A DNA stretch of 64,000 bases from the NCBI GenBank assembly GCA_965199955.1, contig CBDATQ010000002.1, forward strand, positions 1,152,001-1,216,000. Reading direction: 5' to 3'. Shown here in pieces: positions 18,856 to 29,032 of the stretch. The stretch comes from Spirochaetia bacterium (lineage in GTDB: Bacteria > Spirochaetota > Spirochaetia > SZUA-6 > Bin103). The notes beneath the pieces were generated by a model, which was not told where the DNA came from, searched no databases, and worked only from the letters and a program-made list of their open reading frames with translations. Every line of letters begins with the position of its first letter. Positions within the stretch are counted from its first letter, which is position 1. The translations under genes were made by a program, and so were the position numbers.

Positions 18856-20205
18856 ATGCTGAAGTTCGGGTGCGCAACACGGGACATCACGCCGGATCGG
18901 CCGGTCTGGATGGGAGGCTACGCCAACCGCGACGGGCCATCGACGGGGGCCAGTGAGCCGATCCTGGCCGGCTGCATCGCCGTGCAGACCGGTGAGGGTC
19001 AGGCCGACGGCGGGGCGCCGGCGCTGATCGTCACCCTGGACCTGGTCGGCGTGCATGACGCGGCGGCGCGGGCTCTTGCCGGCCGCATCGCCGAGCGGAC
19101 CGGCGTCCCGGTGGAGCGCATCATGCTTGCCTGCTCGCACACCCACTACGCGCCGGCGGCGGGACTGCAGCGGATCTATCGCCCGCACGTGGGATGGAAC
19201 GGCATCAACGACGCGGACGCTGCCTACGTGGACGAGATGACCACCAAGGTGGTCTCCGCATGCGCAGAGGCGGTGGGCCGCCTGGCGCCGGGCACGGTCG
19301 AGGTGCTGCGCACCCGCGTGCCGCAGGTCCACTACAACCGGCGCATCCGCCAGCACGACGGCTCGGTGGCCACCACCTTCCGCTACCCAAACGGCACCGA
19401 TCCGGCTCCGGAGCTGTCACCCACCGACGACCGCCTGACGGCGCTGCGCTTCCGCGCCGCCGAATCCGGCGACGTGGGCGCGATTCTCGTGCACTTCGGC
19501 TGCCACACGGTCACCGGTGACCGGCACGGGGACGGCACGTCGCTGCTCGTGTCGTCCGACTTCGTGCACTACCTGAGAAGCGCGCTGGCCGAAGAATACG
19601 GCTCTCCGGTGTTCTTCGCGCAGGCGGCGGCCGGCGACGTCGTGCCGATGCGCCGCCTGGGCGAGTCGCGGCGTTGGATCGGCGAGACCCTCGCGCACGC
19701 CGTGCTGCTCGGCGAACGGGCGTTTCGTCCCGTCTCCGCCGAGCGGGTGGCAGTGACCTGGGATGAGCTTCGTGCACGCGTGCGCCACGACCTGACCGGC
19801 GACCCGGAGGCCCGGCTGCAAGCTGCCGCCGACCAGCTCCGGGCCGCTCCCGGAGGACAGGACGAGGCGGTGCGTGACGCCTACCTGGAGGCGCTGCACC
19901 TGGCCTACGCGGCGCGCCGGTGGCCGGAGCGCTCCTTCACCGTCCGCATCCAGCAGGTGCGGATCGGCGATCTGCCGCTGGTGGCCCTGCCCTTCGAGGT
20001 GCTGGCCGAGCTCGGGCTGCGCGTGGCCGATCGCTTCCCGGACGCCTTGGTTATCTCCTACGCGAACGGCTACGAGGGCTACCTGCCGTTCCGGCACGAC
20101 CTCGCCGCCGGCGGCTACGAGGCGCAGACCGGCTCGGCCCACTTCGAGCCCGGCACCGCCGAGCGGATTCTCGACGCGGTGCTGCGCGGCCTGGAGCGTC
20201 GCTGA
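18856..20205 (+). CDS. Neutral/alkaline ceramidase-like amidohydrolase
   Basis: DITP...MGGY..R, CSHTHYAP, HFGCH, AAGDV, PFEVLAELG, YANGYEGYLP, GGYE. Confidence 0.8.
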   Translation: MLKFGCATRDITPDRPVWMGGYANRDGPSTGASEPILAGCIAVQTGEGQADGGAPALIVTLDLVGVHDAAARALAGRIAERTGVPVERIMLACSHTHYAPAAGLQRIYRPHVGWNGINDADAAYVDEMTTKVVSACAEAVGRLAPGTVEVLRTRVPQVHYNRRIRQHDGSVATTFRYPNGTDPAPELSPTDDRLTALRFRAAESGDVGAILVHFGCHTVTGDRHGDGTSLLVSSDFVHYLRSALAEEYGSPVFFAQAAAGDVVPMRRLGESRRWIGETLAHAVLLGERAFRPVSAERVAVTWDELRARVRHDLTGDPEARLQAAADQLRAAPGGQDEAVRDAYLEALHLAYAARRWPERSFTVRIQQVRIGDLPLVALPFEVLAELGLRVADRFPDALVISYANGYEGYLPFRHDLAAGGYEAQTGSAHFEPGTAERILDAVLRGLERR

Positions 20206-20238
20206 GCGCCGACCGGCACCTGGCCGGACGGCCGGCGT

Positions 20239-20630
20239 TCAGTCGTGGGCGGCGGGGGACAGCGACGCGAGGTCATCGGGCAGGTTGCCGTCGGCGTCGA
20301 AGGGGAGAGGCCGCGGGGTCGGTGAGCACGTCCAGGTCGTCGCGGCTGCGCGCCTCGTCCCAGTAGGCGGCGGCGCACTCGACCTCGCCCAGGTCCAGGG
20401 TGTGGTGGACCCAGATCAGCCGGGCGTCCGGCGGCTCGGTCAGACGATCTCGGTCAGCACCACCTGCAGCAGCTCGGCGTCCGTCTCGAAGTCGACCGGC
20501 AGCATCGCGCCGGTGTAGTGGTCGCTGGTCGAAGTCCGGGAGGCGCGGTCCCAGGGCGGCAGCCACGCGGGCCGTGCGGCCGTAGGCGTTCTCGACGATG
20601 CCGAACGCGGAACACCTGTGGGTAGTCGAT
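20239..20630 (-). pseudogene. Collapsed lactate-racemase (LarA)-like gene remnant
   Basis: GGAGGG RBS then ATC-DYPQVFRVR (start codon lost); jumps to GIVENAYGRTA, then to LPVDFETD...TLDL...LPFDADGNL. Confidence 0.6.
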
Positions 20631-20645
20631 GACGCCCTCCCGCCT

Positions 20646-21584
20646 CTACGAGGTCGCGGCTCCCTGCGCGGCCGGGCCCTCCGGCGTGGGCCGGAGGACC
20701 GGCATCGCGGCGGCTCCTCCGGCCTGCGAGGCGCGTTCCGCGGCGTCCAGGATGGCGATCACCTCCACCGCGTCCTCCAGCGGCACGGGCGTTGCGCCCC
20801 CAGCCAGGAACGGCACCAGCTCGCTGAGCATGGCCGTGTAGATCCCGGCCTGGTCCACGGTGTACGGCACGACGTCCTTGCCGCCGCGCAGCACGCCGCC
20901 GTAGCCGCTGCCGACGAACAGCTCCACCACGCCGGTGCCGCCGTCCGGGTACTCGACGACCAGGATCGCGTCCTCGCCCCAGCGGTGGGTCGAGACCGTG
21001 ATCGCCCCGCGGCCGATGGCGCGGACCAACATCTCCACCGCGTGCACGCCGTACCAGACGATCGAGCTGCCGGCGGCCGCGCGGTTGATGGGTCCGAAGG
21101 TGGTCACGTGGCGCGGCGCCGGCAGAGCGGCGCACGCGTCCTTGAGCCCGGCAGCGAACCGCAGGGACGAGGCGGAACAGATGCGAAGGTCGTGCTCTGC
21201 CGCGAGACGGGCGATCTCCAGTCCGGCGGCGAGGTCCTGAGCGAGCGGCTTGTCGAGAAACAGCGGCACGCCGAGGTCGGCGCAGCGCCGCACGTACTGC
21301 AGGTGGAGGCCCGGGTCGTTGATCTCGATAAGCACCGCGTCGGCGCCGGCGACCGCGGTGTCGAAGTCTTCGGTGACCTCCACGCCCCAGCCCTCCAGCT
21401 CCTGCTGACGGCCGTCCAGGCCGGCGTGGTCCTGGAAGGGGGTCTCGAAGCGCATGCAGCGGGTCACCGTGACGCCGGCGACGCGCTGCTCCGGGGGACA
21501 GTCGGGAGCCTGGAAGCGCCGCGTGAACTCGATAGTGTGGCTGGAGTCCAGCCCGATGATGCCGATGCGAAGGTCGTGAGCCAT
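20646..21584 (-). CDS. Gfo/Idh/MocA family oxidoreductase
   Basis: RIGIIGLDSSH, FLDKPLA, SASSLRF, WYGVHAVE. Confidence 0.9.
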   Translation of the reverse strand: MAHDLRIGIIGLDSSHTIEFTRRFQAPDCPPEQRVAGVTVTRCMRFETPFQDHAGLDGRQQELEGWGVEVTEDFDTAVAGADAVLIEINDPGLHLQYVRRCADLGVPLFLDKPLAQDLAAGLEIARLAAEHDLRICSASSLRFAAGLKDACAALPAPRHVTTFGPINRAAAGSSIVWYGVHAVEMLVRAIGRGAITVSTHRWGEDAILVVEYPDGGTGVVELFVGSGYGGVLRGGKDVVPYTVDQAGIYTAMLSELVPFLAGGATPVPLEDAVEVIAILDAAERASQAGGAAAMPVLRPTPEGPAAQGAATS

Positions 21585-21754
21585 GATGGCACGCAGTCTA
21601 CACCGAGGCGGCCCCCGGACGAGTCACAGCCTGCGCATCCGCCGCACGACGTCGCCGAACGTATCCTGCGCGCACGTGTTCTGGTGCCGAGTGCGGCACG
21701 ACAGATCTCGATGAACACGCGCCTGCCTGCGCCGGCGCGTTGTACCATCCGAGT

Positions 21755-22375
21755 ATGGTGAAGGACGCAATCCGAACTGTGATCCTCAGTGCTCGTGCTC
21801 GAACGGTTCTCACGGTGCTGATGTTCACGGCCGCGCTCGGCACTGCCCAGACCACGCCAGCCAGCACGGAAGAGCCCGGTCCGCCGCCGTCTCCGACGCT
21901 GATCCAACTGGCCGACCCGCTCGACGAGCCGGAGTTCTACTGCGTGGACGTGCCAGGCTTCCGGGCAAGCCTCAATCTGGAAGGCGCGCTGACCGCGCAC
22001 ACCTGCAAGCCGGCAGCGGAGGACGAACTGTTCACCGTCGGCCATCCGTTGGCAGGCAATCTGTACATGCTGGCCTACGACCGATGCGTCGAAGCCGACG
22101 GCGCCACGGACGGGGCGGAGCTCTACCTCACGGCCTGTGCGGACGAGCCGCTGCAGCGGTTCATGCTCACGGACGACGGTCAGCTTCGGCTGGGCGCCGC
22201 AGAGGGAAGCGCGGCCGACACGGCGTACTGCCTGGCGGTCGAGCCCGGCGAGGGCCAACCGACCGGCGGCCCGAGCCATCTGCGCCGTGGTCTGCTCCTC
22301 ACGCCATGCGCGGAGGCCGACCCCAGCCTGACTCGGTGGACCTTCCCCGGCATGCGGCCGGAGGCGCAACAGTAG
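21755..22375 (+). CDS. Secreted ricin-B-lectin-like domain protein
   Basis: Signal peptide; LDEPEFYCVDV, AHTCK, CVEADG...LTAC...QRF, CLAV...LTPC...W. Confidence 0.6.
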   Translation: MVKDAIRTVILSARARTVLTVLMFTAALGTAQTTPASTEEPGPPPSPTLIQLADPLDEPEFYCVDVPGFRASLNLEGALTAHTCKPAAEDELFTVGHPLAGNLYMLAYDRCVEADGATDGAELYLTACADEPLQRFMLTDDGQLRLGAAEGSAADTAYCLAVEPGEGQPTGGPSHLRRGLLLTPCAEADPSLTRWTFPGMRPEAQQ

Positions 22376-22692
22376 CGCTCAGCGTCACGACGGCCGGTCC
22401 CCGGGCGCGCCCTCCAGTCATTCGGCGACTGCATCGGAGTCGATCCGGGCTCCGTGTCGTCGCAAGAGGTCGATGATGGCTGCGGACCGTACGGCGTGGC
22501 TCGGCTCGAGTGCGCAGCAGGGCCGAGATGGTGCCTTTCGGCGGGAGTCGCTCACTCGCCGGTGTACGCGCACACATCACACCACCTCCGCCCGAGAGTA
22601 CTGCACTGCAGGGACGCAAGGGGGATTCGGGACCAGCCGTGCCGCCAAGCCTACGCTCATGCGGGCACCCCGGGCGTGACGTTGTCGGCAGC

Positions 22693-22745
22693 CGGTTGCC
22701 CGTCGCCGGCCGCAGTCATACGATCGCCGCGGAGGTTCCGATGCC
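22693..22745 (+). repeat. Copy 1 of a 53-bp direct repeat (promoter TTGCCC-N17-TACGAT, RBS GGAGG, ATG)
   Basis: 48/53 identical to 23119-23171. Confidence 0.9.
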
Positions 22746-22971
22746 TGACGTGCGTCATCCCGCGCACACCTATACCGCTGTCGTCGAGCGCTGTCCGGAC
22801 ACCGGCTTCTACGTCGGCTACGTCCCCGGGTTCCCCGGCGCGCACAGTCAGGGGGAGACGATCGACGAGCTGTCCGAGAACCTCAAGGAAGTCATCTCCA
22901 TGCTCCTCGACGACGGCGAGCCCGCCATGGAGGCCGAGTACGTCGGCACCAGGACCATCGTCGTAACGTGA
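22741..22971 (+). CDS. hicB: HicB family antitoxin (short form)
   Basis: YTAVVERCPDTGFYVGYVPGFPGAHSQGETIDELSENLKEVI. Confidence 0.9.
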   Translation: MPDVRHPAHTYTAVVERCPDTGFYVGYVPGFPGAHSQGETIDELSENLKEVISMLLDDGEPAMEAEYVGTRTIVVT

Positions 22972-23107
22972 GCGAGGCGTGCCGCCCGTCGGCCGTGGCA
23001 CGACCGTGCCCGTTCACCGCGGCCGAGATGCCTCACCTGTTCTCCTCCGCCGCATCGCGCGCGACATCGGCATGACGGTGCAGCAGTTCGCCGAGCGTCG
23101 CCGATAG
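22968..23107 (+). pseudogene. hicA: HicA toxin remnant lacking its N-terminal half
   Basis: GRGTTVPVHRGRDASPVLLRRIARDIGMTVQQF*; the GSH motif is absent. Confidence 0.8.
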
Positions 23108-23118
23108 GCCCGCTCGGG

Positions 23119-23171
23119 CGGTTGCTCGGAACCGGCCGCAGTCATACGATCGCCGTGGAGGTTCCGATGCC
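23119..23171 (+). repeat. Copy 2 of the 53-bp direct repeat (promoter TTGCTC-N17-TACGAT, RBS, ATG of the aminotransferase)
   Basis: 48/53 identical to 22693-22745. Confidence 0.9.
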
Positions 23172-24519
23172 CACTACAGCCGTTGATACCGATACCGTCG
23201 TAGCGCAGCGCCCGGCGCTGCTCGGCGGTCCGCCTGCACTTGACCCGGCGACCGTCCCGGACGACCTGTTCACCTGGCCGATCATTACCGAGGAAGACGA
23301 GCAGGCCGTCCTGGAAGTGCTGAACTCCGGGCGCATGTCCGGATTCGACATCACCAAGCAGTTCGAGGCGGAGTTCGCCGAGTGGCAGGGCGTGGACTAC
23401 GTGCTGGCCCACAACACCGGCACCGGCTCCATCCAGGCGGCGCTGTACGCCCTGGGCGTGCGCGCCGGGGACGAGGTGGTCTGCCAGAGTACGACCTACT
23501 GGGCATCGTGCGGGCCGGCGCTGTCGCTCGGCGCCACGGTCCGCTTCGCCGACATCGACCCGGTCACGCTGTGCATCGACCCCGCGGACCTGGAGCGCCG
23601 CCTGACGCCGCGCACCAAGGTCGTGATCGTCGTCCACTACTGCGGCCACCCCGCCGACATGGACGCGGTGCTGGCCATCACGGAGCCGCGCGGCATCGCC
23701 GTGATGGAGGATGTCTCACACGCCCACGGCGCGCTGTACCGGGGACGCAAGGTCGGCACCTTCGGCGCCGTCGCGGCGATGTCGGTGATGAGCGGCAAGG
23801 CGCTGCCGGCCGGAGAAGGCGGCGTCATGGTGACCCAGGACCGCGGCATGTACGAGCGCGCCCTCGCCTGGGGCCACTATTCGCGCGGGCAGCGCGAGCT
23901 CACCGATCCCGAGCTGGTCCGTACCTCCGGCATCGCGCTGGGCGGCTACAAGTACCGGATGCAGCAGCTCAACGCCACGATCGGGCGCGGGCAGCTCCGC
24001 CACTACGACGACCGCGAGCGTGAGATCAGGTCCGCCATGAACCGGTTCTGGGACCTGCTCGACGACTGTCCCGGCATCCGCGGACACCGCGTCGACGAGG
24101 CGACCGGCAGCACCATGGGCGGCTGGTACAACCCGCACGGCCTGTACGCGCCAGAGGAGCTGGGAGGACTCTCCCTGACGCGCTTCCTGGATGCACTGGC
24201 GGCGGAGGGGGTAGGGCGCCTCGGCGTCGGCATCAACATGCCGCTGCACCTGCACCCGCTGTTCCGCGACGTCGACGTGTACGGCCGGGGAGCCCCCACC
24301 AACGCGCAGGCCACCGACGACCTGCCCGTGGCAGAGGGCATCCACGCGCGCACCTTCCACGTGCCGTGGTTCAAGCACGACCGCGCGGAGGTGATCGAGC
24401 GCTACGCCATGGCGTTCCGCAAGGTGATCGCCCACGCGGACGAGCTGCGCGCCGGGGACACGGGCAACCCGCCCGGCTTCGGCATGTGGCCCGGCCTGCA
24501 GCCGTCGGCGGTCACATGA
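23167..24519 (+). CDS. DegT/DnrJ/EryC1/StrS family PLP aminotransferase
   Basis: NTGT, GDEV, FADIDP, VHYCGHPADM, EDVSHAHGA, SGKALPAGEGG, YKYRM. Confidence 0.92.
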   Translation: MPTTAVDTDTVVAQRPALLGGPPALDPATVPDDLFTWPIITEEDEQAVLEVLNSGRMSGFDITKQFEAEFAEWQGVDYVLAHNTGTGSIQAALYALGVRAGDEVVCQSTTYWASCGPALSLGATVRFADIDPVTLCIDPADLERRLTPRTKVVIVVHYCGHPADMDAVLAITEPRGIAVMEDVSHAHGALYRGRKVGTFGAVAAMSVMSGKALPAGEGGVMVTQDRGMYERALAWGHYSRGQRELTDPELVRTSGIALGGYKYRMQQLNATIGRGQLRHYDDREREIRSAMNRFWDLLDDCPGIRGHRVDEATGSTMGGWYNPHGLYAPEELGGLSLTRFLDALAAEGVGRLGVGINMPLHLHPLFRDVDVYGRGAPTNAQATDDLPVAEGIHARTFHVPWFKHDRAEVIERYAMAFRKVIAHADELRAGDTGNPPGFGMWPGLQPSAVT

Positions 24520-26036
24520 CCGCCGCGTTCCGCGCCGAGCGCGAGGCCCTCAAGCGCCGCCGCCGGCGGATCATCCTCAACAACGACGGCAACGAACCGG
24601 TCTACCTGATCGAGGCCCCGACCGAGGAGGAGCTGCTCAAGTACCGCACCGGCCCGCTGGCCGGGTCGCAGGTGGATACCGTGTTCTATGCGACGTGGTG
24701 CTCGGGCTTCACGATGTTCACGCACCTGACCAGGGTGGGGCAGCTCTTCACCGTCGAAGGCGAGTGGTACAACCGCAACATGATGGCGGCACTGGCGGAG
24801 GCCGGCATCGATCCGCTGCGCGTGATGAACGACTTCATCCACGAACAGGGCAGGGAGGTCTTCTGGTCGCTGCGCATGAACGACACGCACGACAGCCAGG
24901 GGGCCGACTACTCCGCCGAAATGTTCGCGGCCAACGACTTCAAGCAGGCCCATCCGGAGTACCTGCTGGCCACCCCGGAGACGCGCCCTCGGTACGGCGG
25001 CTGGTCGGCGGTCGACTTCGCGGAGCCGGAGGTGCGCGAGCTGACCTTCCGGTTCGTGGAGGAGGTCTGCCTCAACTACGACGTGGACGGGGTCGAGCTC
25101 GACTTCTACCGGCACCCGGTCTTCTTTCGTGAGCCGGCCCGCGGCTTTCCCGCAGGCGGCGTGGAACGAGACCTGATGACCGACCTGGTGAGCCGCATCC
25201 GCCGCATGACCGAGGAGGTCGGCCAGCGCCGCGGCCGCCCGATCCTGGTGGCAGCGCGCCTGCCGGACTCCGTGCCCTACTGCCGGGCGATCGGCCTCGA
25301 CCTCGAACGGTGGCTGGCCGATGATCTGCTGGACCTGCTGATCCCCGCCGGCTACCTGAAGCTCAACCCGTGGGAGACCTCCGTGGAGCTGGGACACCGC
25401 TACGGCGCCATGGTCTACCCGGCCCTGGACGAGTCGCGCGTGAACGAGCCGGGCACGGCCGACGTCAAGACCGGAACCTTCAGCACGCCGCGCGGCGGAG
25501 ACGCCTCCTACCGGGCGCGCGCCGCCAACGTCTGGCGCGCGGGGGCCGACGGCGTGTACCTGTACAACTTCTTCAACCCGTCCAGCCCCATCCTGCGTCA
25601 GCTCGGCGAGATGGAGACGATCCGGAGCGCCGAGCGGCGCTACTTCGTGAGCGTGCGCGGCGTGGCGCGGGTGGCCGGCGACGGCTTCCCGCACGAGAGC
25701 TACCTGCGCGTGCCGACCCTCACACCGCAGCATCCGCGGCAGCTCTTCCCGAGTCGGCCGGTCGCGGAGTACCTGACGGTGGGCGAGGACCCGCGCACGG
25801 AGCCGCGGGCTGGCTCGGCGGCGGTGGAGCTGCGCATCTGGAACGCCGGCGCGGACCAAGTCGCCGCTGCGGTCAACGGTCAGGCGCTTGCGTTGCAGGC
25901 AGGCGAGGGCGACCTGGCGACGGCGGCCGTCGAGCCGGACACGATCGTCCCCGGGGCGAACCGGATCGAGGTCACCCTGGACGCCGCCGCCACGCGGCCG
26001 GCGCTGCTGGCCGACGCTCGGATCCTGCTGGCATAG
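24516..26036 (+). CDS. Glycosyl hydrolase-like 10 (TIM-barrel) protein
   Basis: RIILNNDG, SLRMNDTH, YDVDGVELDFYRH, GADGVYLYNFF. Confidence 0.7.
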   Translation: MTAAFRAEREALKRRRRRIILNNDGNEPVYLIEAPTEEELLKYRTGPLAGSQVDTVFYATWCSGFTMFTHLTRVGQLFTVEGEWYNRNMMAALAEAGIDPLRVMNDFIHEQGREVFWSLRMNDTHDSQGADYSAEMFAANDFKQAHPEYLLATPETRPRYGGWSAVDFAEPEVRELTFRFVEEVCLNYDVDGVELDFYRHPVFFREPARGFPAGGVERDLMTDLVSRIRRMTEEVGQRRGRPILVAARLPDSVPYCRAIGLDLERWLADDLLDLLIPAGYLKLNPWETSVELGHRYGAMVYPALDESRVNEPGTADVKTGTFSTPRGGDASYRARAANVWRAGADGVYLYNFFNPSSPILRQLGEMETIRSAERRYFVSVRGVARVAGDGFPHESYLRVPTLTPQHPRQLFPSRPVAEYLTVGEDPRTEPRAGSAAVELRIWNAGADQVAAAVNGQALALQAGEGDLATAAVEPDTIVPGANRIEVTLDAAATRPALLADARILLA

Positions 26037-26074
26037 AGCACCGCCCGGCTGGCGCGCTCAGCCATCGCGGTCCG

Positions 26075-26300
26075 TGCCGGCCCGTGAGCGGGTTGCGCCA
26101 GCGAACGTCCCGCAGGCGGCCGAATTCGGTGTCGTCGCGCAGACCCAGGGGTCGAGCGCGCACCTGGAAGCCCTCAGTATCCTCGGGGACTCGCCTCAAG
26201 CCGTTGCGGACTGTTTCGTTCAGGGTCGCCTTGAAGCTGCGCTGGGAGCGACGCATCTCCTCGCGGATCATCTGCTCGGCGTCGTCATCGAGCGCAACGT
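26075..26300 (-). pseudogene. Collapsed vapBC remnant: VapB body fused to a VapC C-terminus
   Basis: LDDDAEQMIREEMRRSQRSFKATLNETVRNGL...FQVRARPLGLR then DTEFGRLRDVRWRNPL; homologous to 40169-40842; no start codon. Confidence 0.65.
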
Positions 26301-26326
26301 GCCTGCGAGCTGCACGGAACGCGAAC

Positions 26327-26361
26327 GAAAAGAAAGGGGAGCGGCCTTGCAGCCACTCCCC
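26327..26361 (-). terminator. Intrinsic terminator downstream of the SBP gene
   Basis: Minus strand GGGGAGTGGC-tgcaag-GCCGCTCCCC followed by TTTCTTTT. Confidence 0.75.
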
Positions 26362-26409
26362 TGTGTGATCCGTCGGGATCTCTTGTCCGGATCGTGATCC
26401 GGCCGGGAC

Positions 26410-28051
26410 TCAGTAGACCCACCGTCCCTGGCGAAACTCCTCGACGATCGGCGCCTTGGCGAGCTCGGCGACGATGTCGGCGCCGCCGGCATCGCTCCAC
26501 GCCTGCACGTAGGCGTCCCACTCGGCGTCGACGTCGATCTGGCCGGTGATCCCCTTGTAGAAGAACTCGCTCCACATCGTGTTCAGCGTGGACATGAAGC
26601 GCTGGCGCAGGTCTTCGAAGTCGGTCTCGGTGCGGAAGTCGGCGCGGTGCGACCGAGTAGTGTACACGTTGACGCCGCCGTCCACCAATGCGTAGCCGCT
26701 CTGGAAGTCGGCCAGGGGTCTGGGCGCGATGATCTTCAACCGGTCCAGGGTATAGAACACCGGATAGACCGAAAGCCGGCCGTGGCCGGCGCCCTCAGGG
26801 AGCTCGTCCTCCGTCCGTTCGCGCGCGAACGACTCGAAGGGCTCGCCGTCCCAGTCGAAGTGGACGCCTTCCTTGCCATTGCGGAAGATGATCCAGCCCT
26901 CCATCGTGCCCATGTAGAAGTCGAGCATCTCCAGCATTTTCTTCAGCTTGGCGTCCGACACCGAGTCGCTGGCATAGAACTTGTAATTGCCGACGCCGGC
27001 GATCGAGGAATAGGCGCGCCCGCCGCGTTCGCCGCCAGGACCGATGATCGGCGGGATGCCCACCACCTCGGCGCCGGGCTGACCGAGCTCGTCGTCAGGA
27101 ACCATGTTGTTGGGTGTGCGGTACATGGCATATGTCTGGCCCGCGTTGGTGTACGGCTCCGACTGCACGCCGTACAGGCCGGCCTGCCCCTTCTCCCAGT
27201 ACTTGTCGCGGTTCAGGGTGGGGAGCTCGCGATCGACCAGCCCCTCGGCGAACCATGCGCCGAACGCCTTGATGAACTCCTTCATCCCCGGGTCGGTATG
27301 GAAGTAGTAGAGCTGGCCGTCGACCTCACGGTTGGTGCCGTCGCCACGGATTCCGAACGCGCCTCACCCACTGGTTGAGGCACCAGTGGGTGAGGTTGCA
27401 TGCGCCCAGGGGAATCTCGACGGTGCCGGGCTTTACGTCGCGAAAGCCGCGCAGCAGGTCGCCCATCTCGTCCCAAGTCATGTCGTATTCGTAGTAATGG
27501 ACCCGGCCGTACACGTCCAGCGAAACCTTGCCGTCGTCATAGCCGGGCATTTCGAGGCCCGCCTCGGTGGCGCGGTCGTAGCGGAAGAACGGCAGCATCA
27601 GGTTGCCGTCGGTGTTCAGGGAGATGCCGTTGATCGCCAGCAACTCGTCGGGGTTGTCGGGATTCTCCCAGGTGTTCCATGCCAGCGGGTAGTCGTCGTA
27701 CATCTGGGAGATGTTGGGCGCGTACTCGCGGACCCACTCCTTGGGTATGGCGCGCGTCACTCCGTCCTGATAGAACTCGACGGGATTGCCCCAGAAGTTG
27801 CCGAAGTCCGGCTGCTCGCCGGCGGCCAGCATGGCTTGGCGCTTCTCACCGTCGTTCTCGAAGATCTAGTTGCTGGTGACCGTCACGCCGAAGCGTTCCT
27901 GCATGTCCTTGTAGGCGTAGGAGTCGGCGTACTGACTCATCCACGTCATCTCGGTGACGTCGGCCGCGGCCTCGTCCTGGCCTTCGGCCCACAGGGCCAT
28001 CGGCGCCAGCAGCAGCGCTGCGGCGCATGTCGCGAACAGTACTCGTTTCAT
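26410..28051 (-). pseudogene. Sugar ABC solute-binding protein, disrupted
   Basis: Signal MKRVLF...LWAEGQDE, TAG at 27866, then frameshifted pieces (MLAAGEQPD..., MKEFIK...ITGQIDVDAEWDAYVQAW). Confidence 0.8.
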
Positions 28052-28126
28052 TCGTACCACCTTGTGAAGAGTTTGGCGCCGTCCGGCGCCTCCGGCGACA
28101 ACGCGCCGGGATTTGGATCCTTCATC

Positions 28127-29032
28127 TTAGCCCTTGAGCCCGCCTACGAAAATGCCCTTGACGAAATAGCGCTGCAGAAACGGGTAGGCCAGCACGATCG
28201 GGCCGATGGTCAACAGCATCACCGCGGCGCGCACCGCCTTGGTGGGCACGATGATGCCCATCAGGTCCTGCCAGTCCAGCTTGTCGAACAACTCGTCCGA
28301 GGTAAGCAGGAACATCATGCGCCGCAGGATGAGCTGCAGGACCAGCTTGGATTCGCTATTGATGAAGAGCAGCGCGTGAAACCACTCGTTCCAGTGGAAC
28401 ACCGCTGCCCACAGGGCGATCACCGCTAGCACCGGCTTGGAAAGCGGCAGCACGACGCGCGTCAGGATCTGCAGGTAGTTGGCGCCGTCAATGAAAGCCG
28501 CCTCCTCGTACGCGTCGTCGACGGTCATCAGGAAATTTCGCATGATCAGGATGTAGAAGCCGTTGGCCATGCTGGGCAGGATCAGCGCCCAACGCGAATT
28601 GAGCAGCCCCACGCCGCGCACCACCAGATACAAGGTGATGAAGCCGCCGGAGAAGACCATCGTGATCAGGATCACGACGGTCATGACAGTCCTGCCTGGC
28701 AATCGTTTCTTGGACAGCGGATAGGCGGCGGCCACCGTGGCAACCAGGATCGCGGCAGTGCCGAGCACGGTGCGGAGGATCGAATTGCCGTACGCCTGCA
28801 CTACATCGCCGTAGCTGGACAGGGCGAACCGGTAGGTCGCGATGCTCCACTCGCGGGTCCAGAGCTTCAACCCCAGGTGGTTGGCCCATTCGTTGGGGGT
28901 GAACGACAACACCAGCATGATCCAGAACGGCACCAGGATCGACAGCGCAAACAGCGCTATGAGCAGCGTGTTGACCAAGTCGAAGGCGACCCCTCCCGCG
29001 CTCCGTCGCCGCAGTACATGCGCTTCGGCCAT
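28127..29032 (-). CDS. Carbohydrate ABC transporter permease
   Basis: EEAAFIDGAN, VLPLSKP, YPFLQRYFVKG. Confidence 0.92.
   Translation of the reverse strand: MAEAHVLRRRSAGGVAFDLVNTLLIALFALSILVPFWIMLVLSFTPNEWANHLGLKLWTREWSIATYRFALSSYGDVVQAYGNSILRTVLGTAAILVATVAAAYPLSKKRLPGRTVMTVVILITMVFSGGFITLYLVVRGVGLLNSRWALILPSMANGFYILIMRNFLMTVDDAYEEAAFIDGANYLQILTRVVLPLSKPVLAVIALWAAVFHWNEWFHALLFINSESKLVLQLILRRMMFLLTSDELFDKLDWQDLMGIIVPTKAVRAAVMLLTIGPIVLAYPFLQRYFVKGIFVGGLKG

Noticed and set aside
22380..22690. Riboswitch or small gene in the intergenic region (also 1160-1420)
   Set aside because: No recognisable conserved motif or credible protein.
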